64,000 nt of DNA from Guillardia theta CCMP2712 (Eukaryota > Protista > Cryptophyta). Below, piece after piece: positions 37,910 to 49,826 of this stretch (position 1 is the stretch's first letter; each line of letters begins with the position of its first letter). The stretch spans positions 109,391 through 173,390 of the forward strand of contig NW_005434550.1 in NCBI RefSeq assembly GCF_000315625.1, in the 5' to 3' direction. The translations under genes and the position numbers were made by a program. A model generated the notes under the pieces. That model had not been told where the DNA came from and searched no databases. It saw only the letters and a list, made by a program, of their open reading frames with translations.

Positions 37910-39075
37910 ATGCCGGAAGCCGCTATCTCCGTCAAGGTAGAGCCCCATGTCGTCTNNNNNNNNNNNNNNNNNNNNNNNNNNNNNNNNNNNNNNNNNNNNN
38001 NNNNNNNNNNNNNNNNNNNNNNNNNNNNNNNNNNNNNNNNNNNNNNNNNNNNNNNTGGATGGCACCAGCTCCCCCAAGCTTCCCAGCCACGTACAAGGTA
38101 GCCGTAGAGGAGCTCGCAGCGGGTAACAACAGCGAGAGCCAATCATGGGAAGGGAGGACGCGATGGGTCAAGGGCATCCTCGCAGCCATGTTCATGGGCC
38201 TTGTTTTCGGGTCGGCGATGGATCTGGGGAAGGTGACGCTACCGCTGGTGATCAGGGAGCAGTTTATCTTCAGGCGGGAGATCATGCTGAAGATGTTCTT
38301 GGGAGCGTCGGCGGGGTCGGCATACTGCATCGCGGGAGTGTCGCTGATCTTCCCCATGCACTTTGAAATAGCTCGCGAGGGGTTCATGAGCTCACTGCAG
38401 TGCAAGGGGCTGATACCGATCATTCTGGGAGCTTTCATCCTAGGATGCGGCATGTGTCTGTCAGGGTCATGCCCAGGGATGGTGCTGGTACAAGTCGGAG
38501 CAGGCATCCCTTACTCGTGGCTGACGCTCATCGGGGGCCTGTCGGGCGCGGCCTTGTATGGGGTGGTGCAGCCCAAGATCGAGCCGTACCTCAAGGCAGG
38601 GAAGATGAAGTCACCGAAGATCGAGGTCTGCATGACCATCTTCATCGTCATCCTCGAAGTGTTTTTCCCGTGGGAGAAGGAGGTGCCGGTAGGGACGACG
38701 CCTTGGAAGACGGCGCTCCCCCCAGAGCTTATGGGGGCGATCATCGGCTTCCTACAGATCCCAGCTATCCTGCTGATCAATACCACCCTGGGGAGCAGCT
38801 CGGCGTACATGACATATACCTCCCAGCCTCTTGCTATCTGCAAGAACTGCCAGGATATGAGGCAGTACCTGAACGCGTTCGTAGGAGGCTTCTGCGCCAT
38901 CTTCGGGAGCCGGCTTGCGTCGGGGTGCACGAGCGGGCATGGGCTATCGGGGGTCGCGCTGCTGTCACTGAAGTCGATGTTTGCCGTGCCGGGGATGTTT
39001 GGGGGAGGGATAGTGCTGGGCTTCATCTACTTCTCGGTGGACTCATATCACTACACGGGGCGGTTGTACAGCTAG
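37910..39075 (+). CDS. Second YeeE/YedE transporter copy (inverted duplicate) with two in-frame deletions; spans the assembly gap
   Basis: Same start MPEAAISVKVEPHVV and the same Cys motifs. It lacks 18 aa and 42 aa relative to copy 1, and has a 1-bp discrepancy near the gap (~38090). Confidence 0.85.
37956..38055. other. Assembly gap (100 N)
   Basis: N run. The equivalent segment in copy 1 is only ~48 nt, so 100 is probably a placeholder length. Confidence 0.98.
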
Positions 39076-40552
39076 TCAAGCCTGCCGGCGTCGGCTAAGG
39101 AGGAAGGCCGCGCGTGAAGGGTGTGTAGTATCTGGAAGACTTGGGAAGGGTTATGTATAGTCAAGGGATAGCAGGTGAAGAGTACCTGCATGTGTGTTGT
39201 GTATTTGTCATTTTCTTACACTAGAAGGTTATTGAATACTTTATCATTCGTTATAAATGCAGGAACTCAACCGCGTTGGACCCGGACCCGGAGATCATCG
39301 CCGGGATTGCCGCTGGTCACTCTTAGTCCGATCCTCCAATTCAAAGTTAAGTTAATCAGAACGATCTTGTAAATTGTTCGTCATGAAAGTAGAGGATAAT
39401 TTGTTTATCTATCAGGCATGTGTAAATGTTTATTGCTATCAGCACTCCCAACGGAAAGTGGATGGAGAGTGGGGGGGACCGAGCGACAGTAATGTGCTGT
39501 ACTCTTGGTCTTCACTTACAGTCCAGGTATACAGCTTACAAGGCTCGAACAGAGGATCGATGTGAACATTTCGAGCTGCGGAGGAAAGGCCCTAAGAGTA
39601 GGAAGGCACATGCATTGAGAAAGCAGGCTTCAAGGATGAAGACGAGAAGCAGTAGAAGACGAAATGTAAACGAGACAAGCAGCAGGCGTGTGAGGAGAAG
39701 ATGAGAGGTAAACGAGTCAAGCAGCAGGAGTAGGAGACGAGGAGAGGAGTAAGGAGGAGTAAGAGACGAGGAGAGGATTGAGCAGGAGTAAGACTCTGAC
39801 GAGGACTCTATCAGCCTAGCTGGGTAAACCCAACCACCCACCCCCTCCTTCAAACGCCCCCAGCCCTGGCCCCTCCCGTCACTGGGTGATTTCACCTACG
39901 TGTAGAGGGCAGGCAGTGGGGAAAAACTGAAAGTTAATTTATCTTGAGGGGTGGGGTCCTCATTCAGAATCCGCCGTCCACGGGTACATGAATATGGTAT
40001 ATTTAGGGTGGGGGTACCGGTAGAAACAGAGTGGCACAGTGGCTGTGGCAACAATGAGAGAGGGAACTTGAAGGCAGAAGAGATCAACATGTGGTTTCAT
40101 GGAGGCGAGCTGAAGATGGCTCGAAGAAACTGGACAGTGGAGACTTCTTAGTGGAGACTTCTTGTCCTACAAGTGACCTAGTGATGTCGAAGATTGGTCT
40201 GTGTAAATGAGTGGAGTGGTGTAATAGAATGTTTAGGACAAGAGAACTGAGAGGAAGGCAAGGCCTACAGCGAGAAACAGGAGAAGCAGAGATAGAAAAG
40301 ATTAGCGATGAAAATGCTCATAAGGATGTTTTACGTTTTTCTGCGGGAATTTTGAGCTATAGAGAAGTCTTGATGAAACTTTGAACTTTGCTATTCCGCT
40401 AGCCTGAGCCAAACAAGTGTAGAAATAATTGGAACGCAAAGGGTCTTGCCAAAAAGATTTTTTCATCAAGGTGTTTTGAACGAGTATTTTTGTCTCATGT
40501 TGGAGCCAGGTTGAAGAATTCAAGACAAATACAGATTCACTCTCTTCACACA

Positions 40553-41150
40553 ATGAACAATGAAGACAAGGAAAACAAGTACGAAACACCGATTACCGTG
40601 GAAGATTTGCAGATTGAAGAATGTCCTCCACTCTCCAAAGCCACAGAACTTTCAAGTGCAGGTGGATGGGTCGTGGCTGGGTTGCAGTGTAACGAGGCAG
40701 AAGGTCTTTCCGAGGATCATAGGACAAGACATATTCAGATAGTTCGGCCGCATGGTGATTTTATCCTCCAAAGTGCAGCGGATCCGAAAGTCAAGGACGT
40801 TCAGAGTTGTGGCCAGACACGGGACGATCAATGTGCAAGATCGCCCAGTGAAGAAGAAGTTCTTTCGGCGACCAGTACACCTCCGAATACTCTCAGGATT
40901 CAGCTTTCAGTCAACAGCACTCAAGGCGTTGCGACAGGGAAACTTCCAAAGGTATCAGTTTCAGTCTCAGGACCTCCTCCAGCGTCAGCAAGACTGAGGA
41001 CGACGACATTTGTCAGGTTGACATGCAACGGGTAATCTTGACGGCCAAGTTTTCCTCCTTTCTTCTGAACCATCTGATGCTTGCCTTGTTTTGCAGGGGG
41101 AAAGTAGCTGTTGCTGGCACGGAAAGACTTCGGGTGACTCGGATGACTGA
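40553..41150 (+). CDS. Hypothetical protein; end approximate
   Basis: Open frame MNNEDKENKYETPITVEDLQ... with plausible splice sites. No recognisable domain. Confidence 0.35.
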
Positions 41151-41699
41151 TAGCAGAGCTCGATTGATGATGACATAATTGACATTGCGGGCAAACTGCT
41201 TCACAAATACTTGTACATACTCCACTTGTTCACTAGGAACTAACTTAGTAAACCGTGAAACTTTGAGTAATGGATGTACCGTTCATACTATCAGCGTACT
41301 GGCATGATCGGATACCATGGGCGGGCCCGCCCGGCCCAGCCGCCACTGAGTGTCCGACTGCCAGGCAACCATGACTCCGTCCCCGCCCGCGGCCCGGGCC
41401 GGTCCGGCCCGGCGGCGGGTTCCGAGTCACAAGTTCCGGGTTCGGCACTGCCGGGCCTTCACGGTGCCGCAGACTGGCAGCAGGAATGATTTTTTACTTA
41501 ATCTGTCTTGAGTAAAGTCAGGAGGACTGGCGGGCGATGAGAGGGCCTGTGGACGAGCGCGCAGTCAACAGAGTTGTACATGTGAGGGATGGGGGATGTA
41601 GATAGCTGAAGCAAGGAAGGATGCAAACATGAGATTGTTTTGAGCAGATTCTGAAAGTGAGGAGAGAATATCAAACAAGACCGGAGGGAAACGCCGTTG

Positions 41700-42397
41700 G
41701 ACCATATGACCGACGCCGTCATTGAATGCTTGGGACTCACTCAAGAGGAGGAGAAGGTACAGCGAGTTATCTCGTACTTTTCACCGTAAGATGAAGTCAG
41801 AAATCGATACGAATGTTCCTGACATTGTGAGGTCCTAGATGGGAAATCCAAAAGTATCCGTCAACAGGAAAGCTTCCGGCTTGTGAGTATCATTCATGCA
41901 AGAGCAAGGGAATACAACTATGTGAGCTTCAGGTCCCCTCTAAACAACGTCTGAGAAAATAATCGTGAAGGTTTCGAACAACATTCATCAAGTGTGATTC
42001 TATCAGCAGTGCATTTCTTCAATGAAGGTCACATTCAAGACGGGATGTCGTCGTGGTGACCAAGGTGACAGGACAAGATGGGTTTTCAAAGTACCAAGAT
42101 ACTCTCCCCCATGAATTGAGCTTTGATCTCACCAATGTAGATGGTCGTCGTTCTCTTTGATGCCTCTGCGTCTTCTTTGACAACACAACAGTGGTCAAGA
42201 GGTTCGGAGAGCCGGAGGGCAAGGGCGGTCACCATGTACCTGTGTGGCTTTCATACGAGCAGAAGGGGCTGCAGATCAACTTTGAGGGATTCTCTTTTGA
42301 GGATCGACAGAATAAGATTGTGAGTTGTCTTCGCTCTGCCCTCAACCTTCCTCTGACTTCTGACAAGACCTCCGTCATCCTCTACTACAAGCAATGA
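41700..42397 (+). CDS. Hypothetical multi-exon protein; start uncertain
   Basis: Short exons with GT-AG boundaries: MTDAVIECLGLTQEEEK; VKRFGEPEGKGGHHVPVWLSYEQKGLQINFEGFSFEDRQNKI; TSVILYYKQ*. Confidence 0.35.
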
Positions 42398-42512
42398 CTG
42401 TCAAAGACCGACCTTCGAAACATCCCAGTTTGATCATATTGCGTGAACGTTCACCAAATGGTTTAATGATAGGGAAGAAAGGTGTTGGCAAATTTGTCTG
42501 AGAGAAACTTTA

Positions 42513-44781
42513 TCATAAGACAGTACAGCAAGTGTAAGCGTAGCGGTGATGACCCCAAGGGCAATTCCATCTGGTAAAACTCCAACTTTTGATGCCTTCC
42601 AGGTGATCGCACTGAGCCATGATTTAGTGAGAACATAGTCGATAAGACCAAACACGCGAACGTACCTTTACGTCATGCCGATCAAGATACTCTGCCCTGT
42701 GCCCGTCGGACACTTGGCATGCAGTGTACACAGCCTTTTTTTTCCCACACCATCAGTGGCTCATCGAAATAAAGGCAAATCGTCATACTCTGCAGCTCTT
42801 GAGGCCCCTGGTTGCGGAACAGCATGTGTAGTCTGTGCGAATTTGCTGCCAGCTGCAAGAATGCTGGAACAAACCGTGCTAAGAGAAAGGAACACATTCA
42901 GGTCTGCTCATGATACCACTCGGAAGTAGGTGAGGAGTTTGTCGCCAGGGCAGGAAACTGTTCCACAATTCGATCAGACAGGAAGTCCTTTGACGCAACT
43001 TGAAGGTTCAACCTGACTGACGGTCCCAAAACTCAAGGTTGCCTGTCAACTGACATCCCGTGCTACGTGACTCACAGCCGCCGATGCCGATATCTGAGCC
43101 TTGTGCGCAAACGCAGTGCTGAGGTCGTTCCCTTGATCAGTACCTCTCGCTCCACAATGAACAAAGTGCACCTTGACAGCGCCTGGATACGGGTCTCCGA
43201 AGGAACCATCGCTGAACATGAATCGGTCAACAAGGATGTCATGAAGCCAAGGAACTGTACTTGCAATAGACCCTTCCGTTGATTGTCCGATAGGCTGACC
43301 ACCTGGTCCCTTGCCCATATCTTACGTAGCCATTACAGTCGCAGAATCCCCCTGAAACGAGATCAAAATTGCATTTCTTCAATGCCGGTACCAGACCTTG
43401 TTGAGAGCAGGTTTGCAGTAGAAAGGGATTCAAGCAGGTATACCTTGATAAATTTCAGTCTCGAATGACAAAATGATACAATTGTCATCACTCAAAATGC
43501 ATGTCATTGCTCCCTGCACATCCTCTCAATCTTTGTCGTTGAAGGAACCCCATTCCTTTCTTTTTATTTAACCAGCAATCGATGCCGTGACGATCGTAAT
43601 AGTTGAGAATTCTTCCTCGGACATCATTGCATGGTGTAGCTTCTTGATACGCACGAAAGATCTGTCTACAAGGTCAATTTCAAGGATTTCACCATCCGAT
43701 GATGTTACCCTCATAGGTCCACGAGCTCCGGCACGTCCCTCTGGACCAGGTGGGCCAGCCCTTCCTCTGCCTCCCCTGTTCCCAAGGGCACCAGGAGGAC
43801 CTTTCGGACCAGGAGGCCCCATATCCCCTCTTCACAGTGCAAGTCAGCAGAAAGAACAATAGGAGTTGCTCAACTAGATTACGTTGGTCCCCTCTGTCCG
43901 ATGGGTCCGATGTATCCTTTCCCCCCTGGGCTTCCGATGTAGCCCTGAGGGCCTTTTTCTCCAATATCTCCCGTCTCTCCTCGGTATCCCTTCTGTCCAG
44001 GATGTCCTCTTGGGCCCTTGGGTCCCACTATACCAGGGCTTCCACGCTTTCCCTGGGCTCCAGGAGGTCCTGCATACCCTTGGGGTCCCTTCTTTCCCTG
44101 TGGACCTTGCACTCCAGGCCGTCCTTGGTTCTTACCAGAAGAGTCATGGGAGGAAGTGAGAGACTTCAGTGGAGCACCTTCAACGTCATCGCATCGATGA
44201 TGACTGAAATCCTACTGTTGAGCTTCTTCTTGGCCTAGCACACGAGCTCTCAGCCGGCTCCACGGGCGCATCGTAACAACTCACGTTGGCCAAAACTTTC
44301 TTGAGCATGTCGATGTTCTTGGAGGCAGAAGTGATGTCGCGTCCCAACACCTGTTGACAAGTCATCCTGTTCCACAGGGACACCAGCATCCATGTCTCAC
44401 AGATGTTGCCGAGTGTACATCACTTTCACGATTGCAGCACTTGGGATTGTAATTCCTGCTCAAAACGCCGTTCTCAACACAACACGCGCGGCAAGGGAAC
44501 GGAACCCACCCCCAGGTATTATCTGGTTCCATGATGTCACTCAGGTCGTTGCATTCACATCCTAGCATCTCAAACAGCTGCTGTCTCCGAGCAGCAGCTC
44601 TCCGTGCCCTCACCATCCTCGGGTTCCACTGAACCCCCCTGACGGGTGATGCCTCCTCCACGACCTGGTAGTGTTCATCCTCCTCGGATTCCCAACCTGC
44701 CATGAACACGATGGCAACCATCGTCAGCACCGCAAGCGCGGCTGACGCTGCTGCCCACGACACGCGACTGTTCTTCGCCAT
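42513..44781 (-). CDS. Type-II membrane collagen-like protein: TM, Cys-rich segment, coiled coil, Gly-X-Y helix, YLDRH-type Cys repeats with an inserted FGDP module
   Basis: TM helix WAAASAALAVLTMVAIVFMAG. About 40 Gly-X-Y triplets at ~43715-44125. Spliced tail: EATPCNDVRGRILNYYDRHGIDC...EYTC; CDCNGYVRYGQGTRW...GSFGDPYPGAVKHCVC; YTACQVSDGHRAEYLDRHDVKCDHLEGIKSWSFTRWNCPWGHHRYAYTCCTVL*. Confidence 0.8.
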
Positions 44782-44944
44782 CCGCGTCTCTTCGCACTGC
44801 CGCAGGCCGATCACCCCACCGTCCTCAAAGTCCCACTACCCCTGGTTGCAACTGGAACTAGGGTGGTATGAACCTACCTACCACCCATGGTTGAGATCAG
44901 TGTGACAACAATGGCACACCCACCGGTCCTACTAGCAACACTAG

Positions 44945-45450
44945 GCCCGGAGATCCAGTGACCCCACTTAGGCCGCTGTCAGTGATCGGACCGGACTGTC
45001 TGTCCGATCGGACTGTCGGCGGTCACGCGGGCCCAAGGCACTGGCACTGGGGGACTCCGGCCGGGATCGGATCGGCCGGGCGGCCCTGGCCGCGCAGTGC
45101 TACGGTGCCACGGTGCCAGTGGGCCGGCCGCCCGGCGCGCCCGGCACTGCGGCACGGTGGCAGTGGGCTGGCCGGGCCCACCGGGTCGCCGCACCGGCCG
45201 GGCGCCGGGCCTTCAGGATTTCGGGAAGGACACCGGTCAAAAATCAGCACGGACCGTACTTCAACTTAGGCTTCACTGAGTCAAACTCGGACAGCCGCGG
45301 CGCATCATACCTTACCTGTGTGCCCTATCATGATCCGATGATCGGACCGTACGCCGACCGTGGTGGCATACCGTACCCGCCGAGAACGCGCGGCCCCCCG
45401 GCTGCCAGCCTCGCCGGCGGCGTGAATCGTTAGTAACCGGGGGCCCGTAA
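44945..45450. repeat. GC-rich low-complexity element with palindromic words (GTCCGATCGGAC, GATCGGACCG, CGGCCGGG)
   Basis: Very high GC compared with the flanks, built from repeated short words. Confidence 0.6.
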
Positions 45451-45949
45451 AAGATCGGAAAAAAAGGATAAAAAAAAAGAGCGGAGGCAGTAAAGTTTTT
45501 CAGCTGAATTGATTTGCTGCCTTCGTGAGGGTCGGAGCGAAAAGTGTTACCACGAGCCTGAGGTCTGACGACCGCAGGTGAAAGCAGGTCTTTTCGATTA
45601 CAGAGGGTTTATGAGATGCGACGAGATATTGGCGAGATTGTCACCTCGAGGGTCGGGGTGCTCAACCGTTGTATCTATTCGAGGCTGAATGAGACGGGTA
45701 TCGAAAATTCCCTTCCTGAATTGAACAATTTTCCATATCATTGAAAATTTGTGTCAAATTTTGAAAAATATGCTAGAATTTGGAACAGGCAGATTGCGGA
45801 GATTGCAGGAGATTGAAGGGGAATTTGATGGCGTGGGGAACAACGAGGAGGATCGAACGTAACATATGAAGTGTTGTGCATGAGAGAAAAGCGAGACGAA
45901 CAAGTTTGAACTTTGCAAATCATCTGAAGAAACAATCCTCGGGATCAAG

Positions 45950-48756
45950 ATGAGCGTTGCCGCTGGCATGCGAAGAAACCTTTCGGATATCAACTTGTCA
46001 ATGCTGCCATTGCAACAGGAAGTGGTCGCAACCAAGGTCCAACCAGAGAGGAAACTGTCTTGGGAGTATCTCGATCTCAATGAAATAGGGAAAAAGCCTC
46101 TCATGCTCGGGATAGAGGTTTTATTTCAGGATTCCACTTCAGAACACTGCGCAACAATTGGACAAGCCCTGGACAAGGCTCAGGAAGGCAGTGTAATCCG
46201 GTTATTTCCAGGGATCTATAGGGAAGAGCATACACTGAGGATTGAGAAAAATAACATCACCATCGTGTGCTCACAGAGCCTTGAAATGTCTTGTGTTGTC
46301 CTTCTAGACTGCAGCGATTCCATGCCCCTGATCGAGGTTTGTGCCGACAACTTCACCATGATTGGAGTACAACTTTCTTGCTGTGACAACTCTTTGGCGC
46401 CCTCGTCAAAGGAAGACTTTAGGAATTGTATCCGAATTATGCATGGAAGCCCGGTCTTCGAAAGGTGCAAGGTTTTTGCGTTCAAGGGCATCAGTGTGTT
46501 GGCCTCGGAGAGTTCGTCACCGAGGTTTGTTCAATGTGAATTCGAGGTGAAGTCTCATATGATATAACCCTCTCTTGCTTGTGTGACCCGAACTTGACAG
46601 AACTGTGTGGGAACTACCGTCATGATAGTGGAGAGCTCTCAACCGATCTTCATCGGAAACAAGTTCAAAAACAACTTCGGATACGACGTGGTCCTTCGAG
46701 ACTCTTGCAAAGGGAGATTCGAGAGAAATTTTTTCTACGGCACCAGAAAGGCAACGGTAGCAGGTAATCTGCCATTGCCTGGGGATTGATCGTCTGACTG
46801 CAAGTCCACAGCGATGGACTCTTCGGAGACAACATTCTATAAGAACACTTTCGAAAGTAGCAACCAAGGAGCTCTTTGGCTGCAAGGATCTTCAAGATGT
46901 AAGGTTGTCGACAACATGATGAGAGGAAACGGCAAGACACACATCCAAGTCAGCCATCGAGCTGAACCCACTGTGACTGGGAACTCCATGCTCAATGGTC
47001 AGGGAGGTGGTATTGTGGTGCATGATGAAGGGAAAGGTTTGTTTGAAAGGAACGTTATCAAGGGAAATGAACAAGCGGGGATTGGAGTCATAGATCGTTC
47101 AAAAGCAGTCTTTATTCAAAATCAGATTGAAGAAAATGGAGGGGGAGGAGCGGCGATCGATGGTCAGAGTGCACCGATCTTTGAGAGCAATGTGTTTAAA
47201 CAGAACCTTGCGCATGGAATCTGCATCTCTGGTGTATCTCAGCCTTTTATGATCTACAACAACATTTCGAACCATGATGGAAGCGGGATTCTTATTCAAG
47301 ATGGAGCTCATCCCTTTCTGCAGCAGAACAAGGTGGAGTCCAATTCCCAAGGTGGGATCATAGCGACTGGTTCCTCCAGGCCATCCGTTCACCAGTGCAC
47401 GATCTTTAGTGGTGAACAGATGTCACAGCCTCTGGGGCTGCTCTGCCGTGACAATGCTAGAGTTGAGCTGGAAGAGAACAACATCTGGGGGCATCCATCG
47501 TGTAACGTGATATTTCGTGATTCGTCCATAGGAAAGATGTCTGGCAACGAAATCTCCAATGGTCAGTGCGGTGGGGTCATTGTACAAGGCGAAGCTTGCC
47601 TCAGCCTTGTCCACAACACGATTAAAGCAAACGGGATCTGTAACGTCGGCGTCTTGGAGAGCGGCTGCATCAACTGTCATCACAACTCGATTCTTGAATC
47701 CACAGGTTGTGGGATCCTCTTGCTGGGGGATGGGAGTTGCGAGTGCAAGTTCAACACCGTCACGGGTAACAAGAGCATTGGGATCAGATGCTCTGGAACA
47801 AGTCATCCAGTCCTCACTCACAACCGAATCTCGAACACGAGCAACGGATGCGGGGTTCTTATCGGGGGGCGCTCCAAGGCTGCGCTTCGATACAACCTCA
47901 TCTTCGACAACGGGGAGTCTGGTCTTGCGGTGAGAGACAAGTCGAAGCCTGAGATCTACATGAACATCATAGTGCCCAAGTCAAACTCGCATCCTGGCAC
48001 CCTGTACATCTCTGGCTCTTCGAATGCAAAGATCAATGGGAATACTTTTGTGATCACATGTCCTGCCGACCTGCGAATCACCCAGAAGAACAAGGGTTTG
48101 TTGATGTCCAACTCAATTCTCGAACTCCAGGAGTTTCCAGACATTGTTGACGAAGCCAGGAAGATTCTCGAGGTGATCCATATCAAGCATGTGGTGGTCC
48201 AAGGGCCGGATCCAGACGAGCCGATTGTGCTGGGAAGAACGAATCCTCAGAATCTTATCGTGGAAGAAAGCGATGTGTCAGCGAGGCCGAAGTGTTCACA
48301 TCGGTGAGTTTCAGTCCCTTGACGCAGGCAAGCCCCTTTTACTCACACCCATCGCAGGAAGCTCCTCAGTCGCACTGAAGACGACGTTCCATCTCGAAGA
48401 GAGGTTGAAAGCCATGGCTGTCTGGCCAGAACGGGCGAGTCAAGCAATGTCTCTGCAGATATTGCGAGCGGTCTGTTTGTCGTAAGGTATCCACCACTCT
48501 AGCTTGTCTTGACAGGAACTCACTGAGGTCTTGGCAGGAACTCTAGTCTCCACTCAATGTCGTCTCGTCACGAGGAAGCTGGTGAAATTTCCTTGACTGG
48601 CGCAACCTTGTATCTGATCGTTGTCCGATGCAGGCGAGTGCGAAGGACACCATAATTTCCTTGAAAGAACCGGAGGCTCCAACGGGCGACCCACCCGAAG
48701 TGCCTCGTGCCCGCCGTCGCCCTACCGCAACGACGTGTGAGGAACCTCGTCGATGA
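45950..48756 (+). CDS. Right-handed parallel beta-helix (PbH1/CASH, FBXO11-like repeats) protein, multi-exon; end approximate
   Basis: TIGQALDKAQEGSVIRLFPGIYRE followed by many P-x-[IV]-x-x-N-x-I-x-x-N-x-x-x-G-[IV] coils in ORF 46814-48307. Confidence 0.85.
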
Positions 48757-49459
48757 ACCTCAAGGTGTCACCTGAAACCCCCGTGTTGACTCAGTTTGCT
48801 GTGTTTCACTGCTGTACATAAAGTGTACCTACTAGTCACTTGACCGTCGGCTACAGCGAAAGGTGACTCGGAAGGTTTAGCTCCAGCGAGTTTAGGTTGT
48901 GTTTTAGTTTGGTTCTGTCAAATCTAGTCTCATTGCTGTGTAAGGGGGTAGGGGTGGGAGTGGGGGCTGAACGGGTCTATCGCCCAGAGTGGGGCAGGTT
49001 ATTTCCCAAGGGGTGGGTGAAAGTTTGGAATATATAGCTCAAACAAAGGGGTGGGGTGGCATCTGGAGATGTTTGCGGACATGCAGAAATGCCGCACGTG
49101 CTGATGAGGGGAAGAAAGAGGAGAGGAGGACATGAAGAGAGGGAAGGAAGAGGAGGGAGAAAACGAAAGGAAGATGACATGCGAGAAGAGGAGGAGGGAG
49201 AAGACGAAGGAGAGGTGGAATTAGGCGATGGATGCACAGACATGAAAAGGAAACAAAGGCAGGCAGAGATCAGGGCCAACCAAGGCTGAGGCAGAAAGGA
49301 ATTGTGAGGGGAGAATTAGATGAGATGCGAAGCTACATAGAAATATTTGAAATTGCAACAAGAGTTAGGAGCAATTTGATGGGCAGACTAACTCAATTTG
49401 CTGATAGTGCTTTCTCGATTTGAATTTCTTTGCCTGGTGGATTGATTTCTGTGTGGAGC

Positions 49460-49790
49460 ATGGGGAGTTCGATCTACGATGAGGTGGAGATCGAAGATAT
49501 GGAGTTCAATGAGGTATGCGACAGGCTCCCCATGTCACATCTTCTCGGCCAACTAAACTTGATCGCAGGAGCTGAAAACGTTTTTCTTTCCTTGTCCCTG
49601 TGGAGATCGCTTTCAGATCACTGTGGTATGGCTGGCCGTGGATAGCTGTTGGTGACCATGACATGCTCTTCGTGCTCATCAGGACGAGCTGATTGATGGT
49701 GAGGACATCGCAAGATGCCCCAGCTGCTCGCTGCTGCTCCGAGTTATCTATGACGAAGAAGCCATTGAAAAGTTGACCGAGAGCGGATGA
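49460..49790 (+). CDS. DPH3: Diphthamide biosynthesis protein 3 / KTI11 (CSL zinc finger), 3 exons
   Basis: Spliced reading: [18 protein letters not shown]|[19 protein letters not shown]|[35 protein letters not shown]. Confidence 0.95.
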
Positions 49791-49826
49791 GGGCGGTGCG
49801 GACAGCTGTTCTCCTGCTCGTTGTAC

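Noticed and set aside
38080-38100. +1 frameshift in YeeE copy 2 as proof of pseudogenisation
   Set aside because: It lies ~35 nt from the assembly gap, where base calls are unreliable.
43568-43690. Collagen ORF ending EILEIDLVDR...ASIAG*
   Set aside because: It is probably intron read-through. Splicing gives the conserved YYDRH repeat instead.
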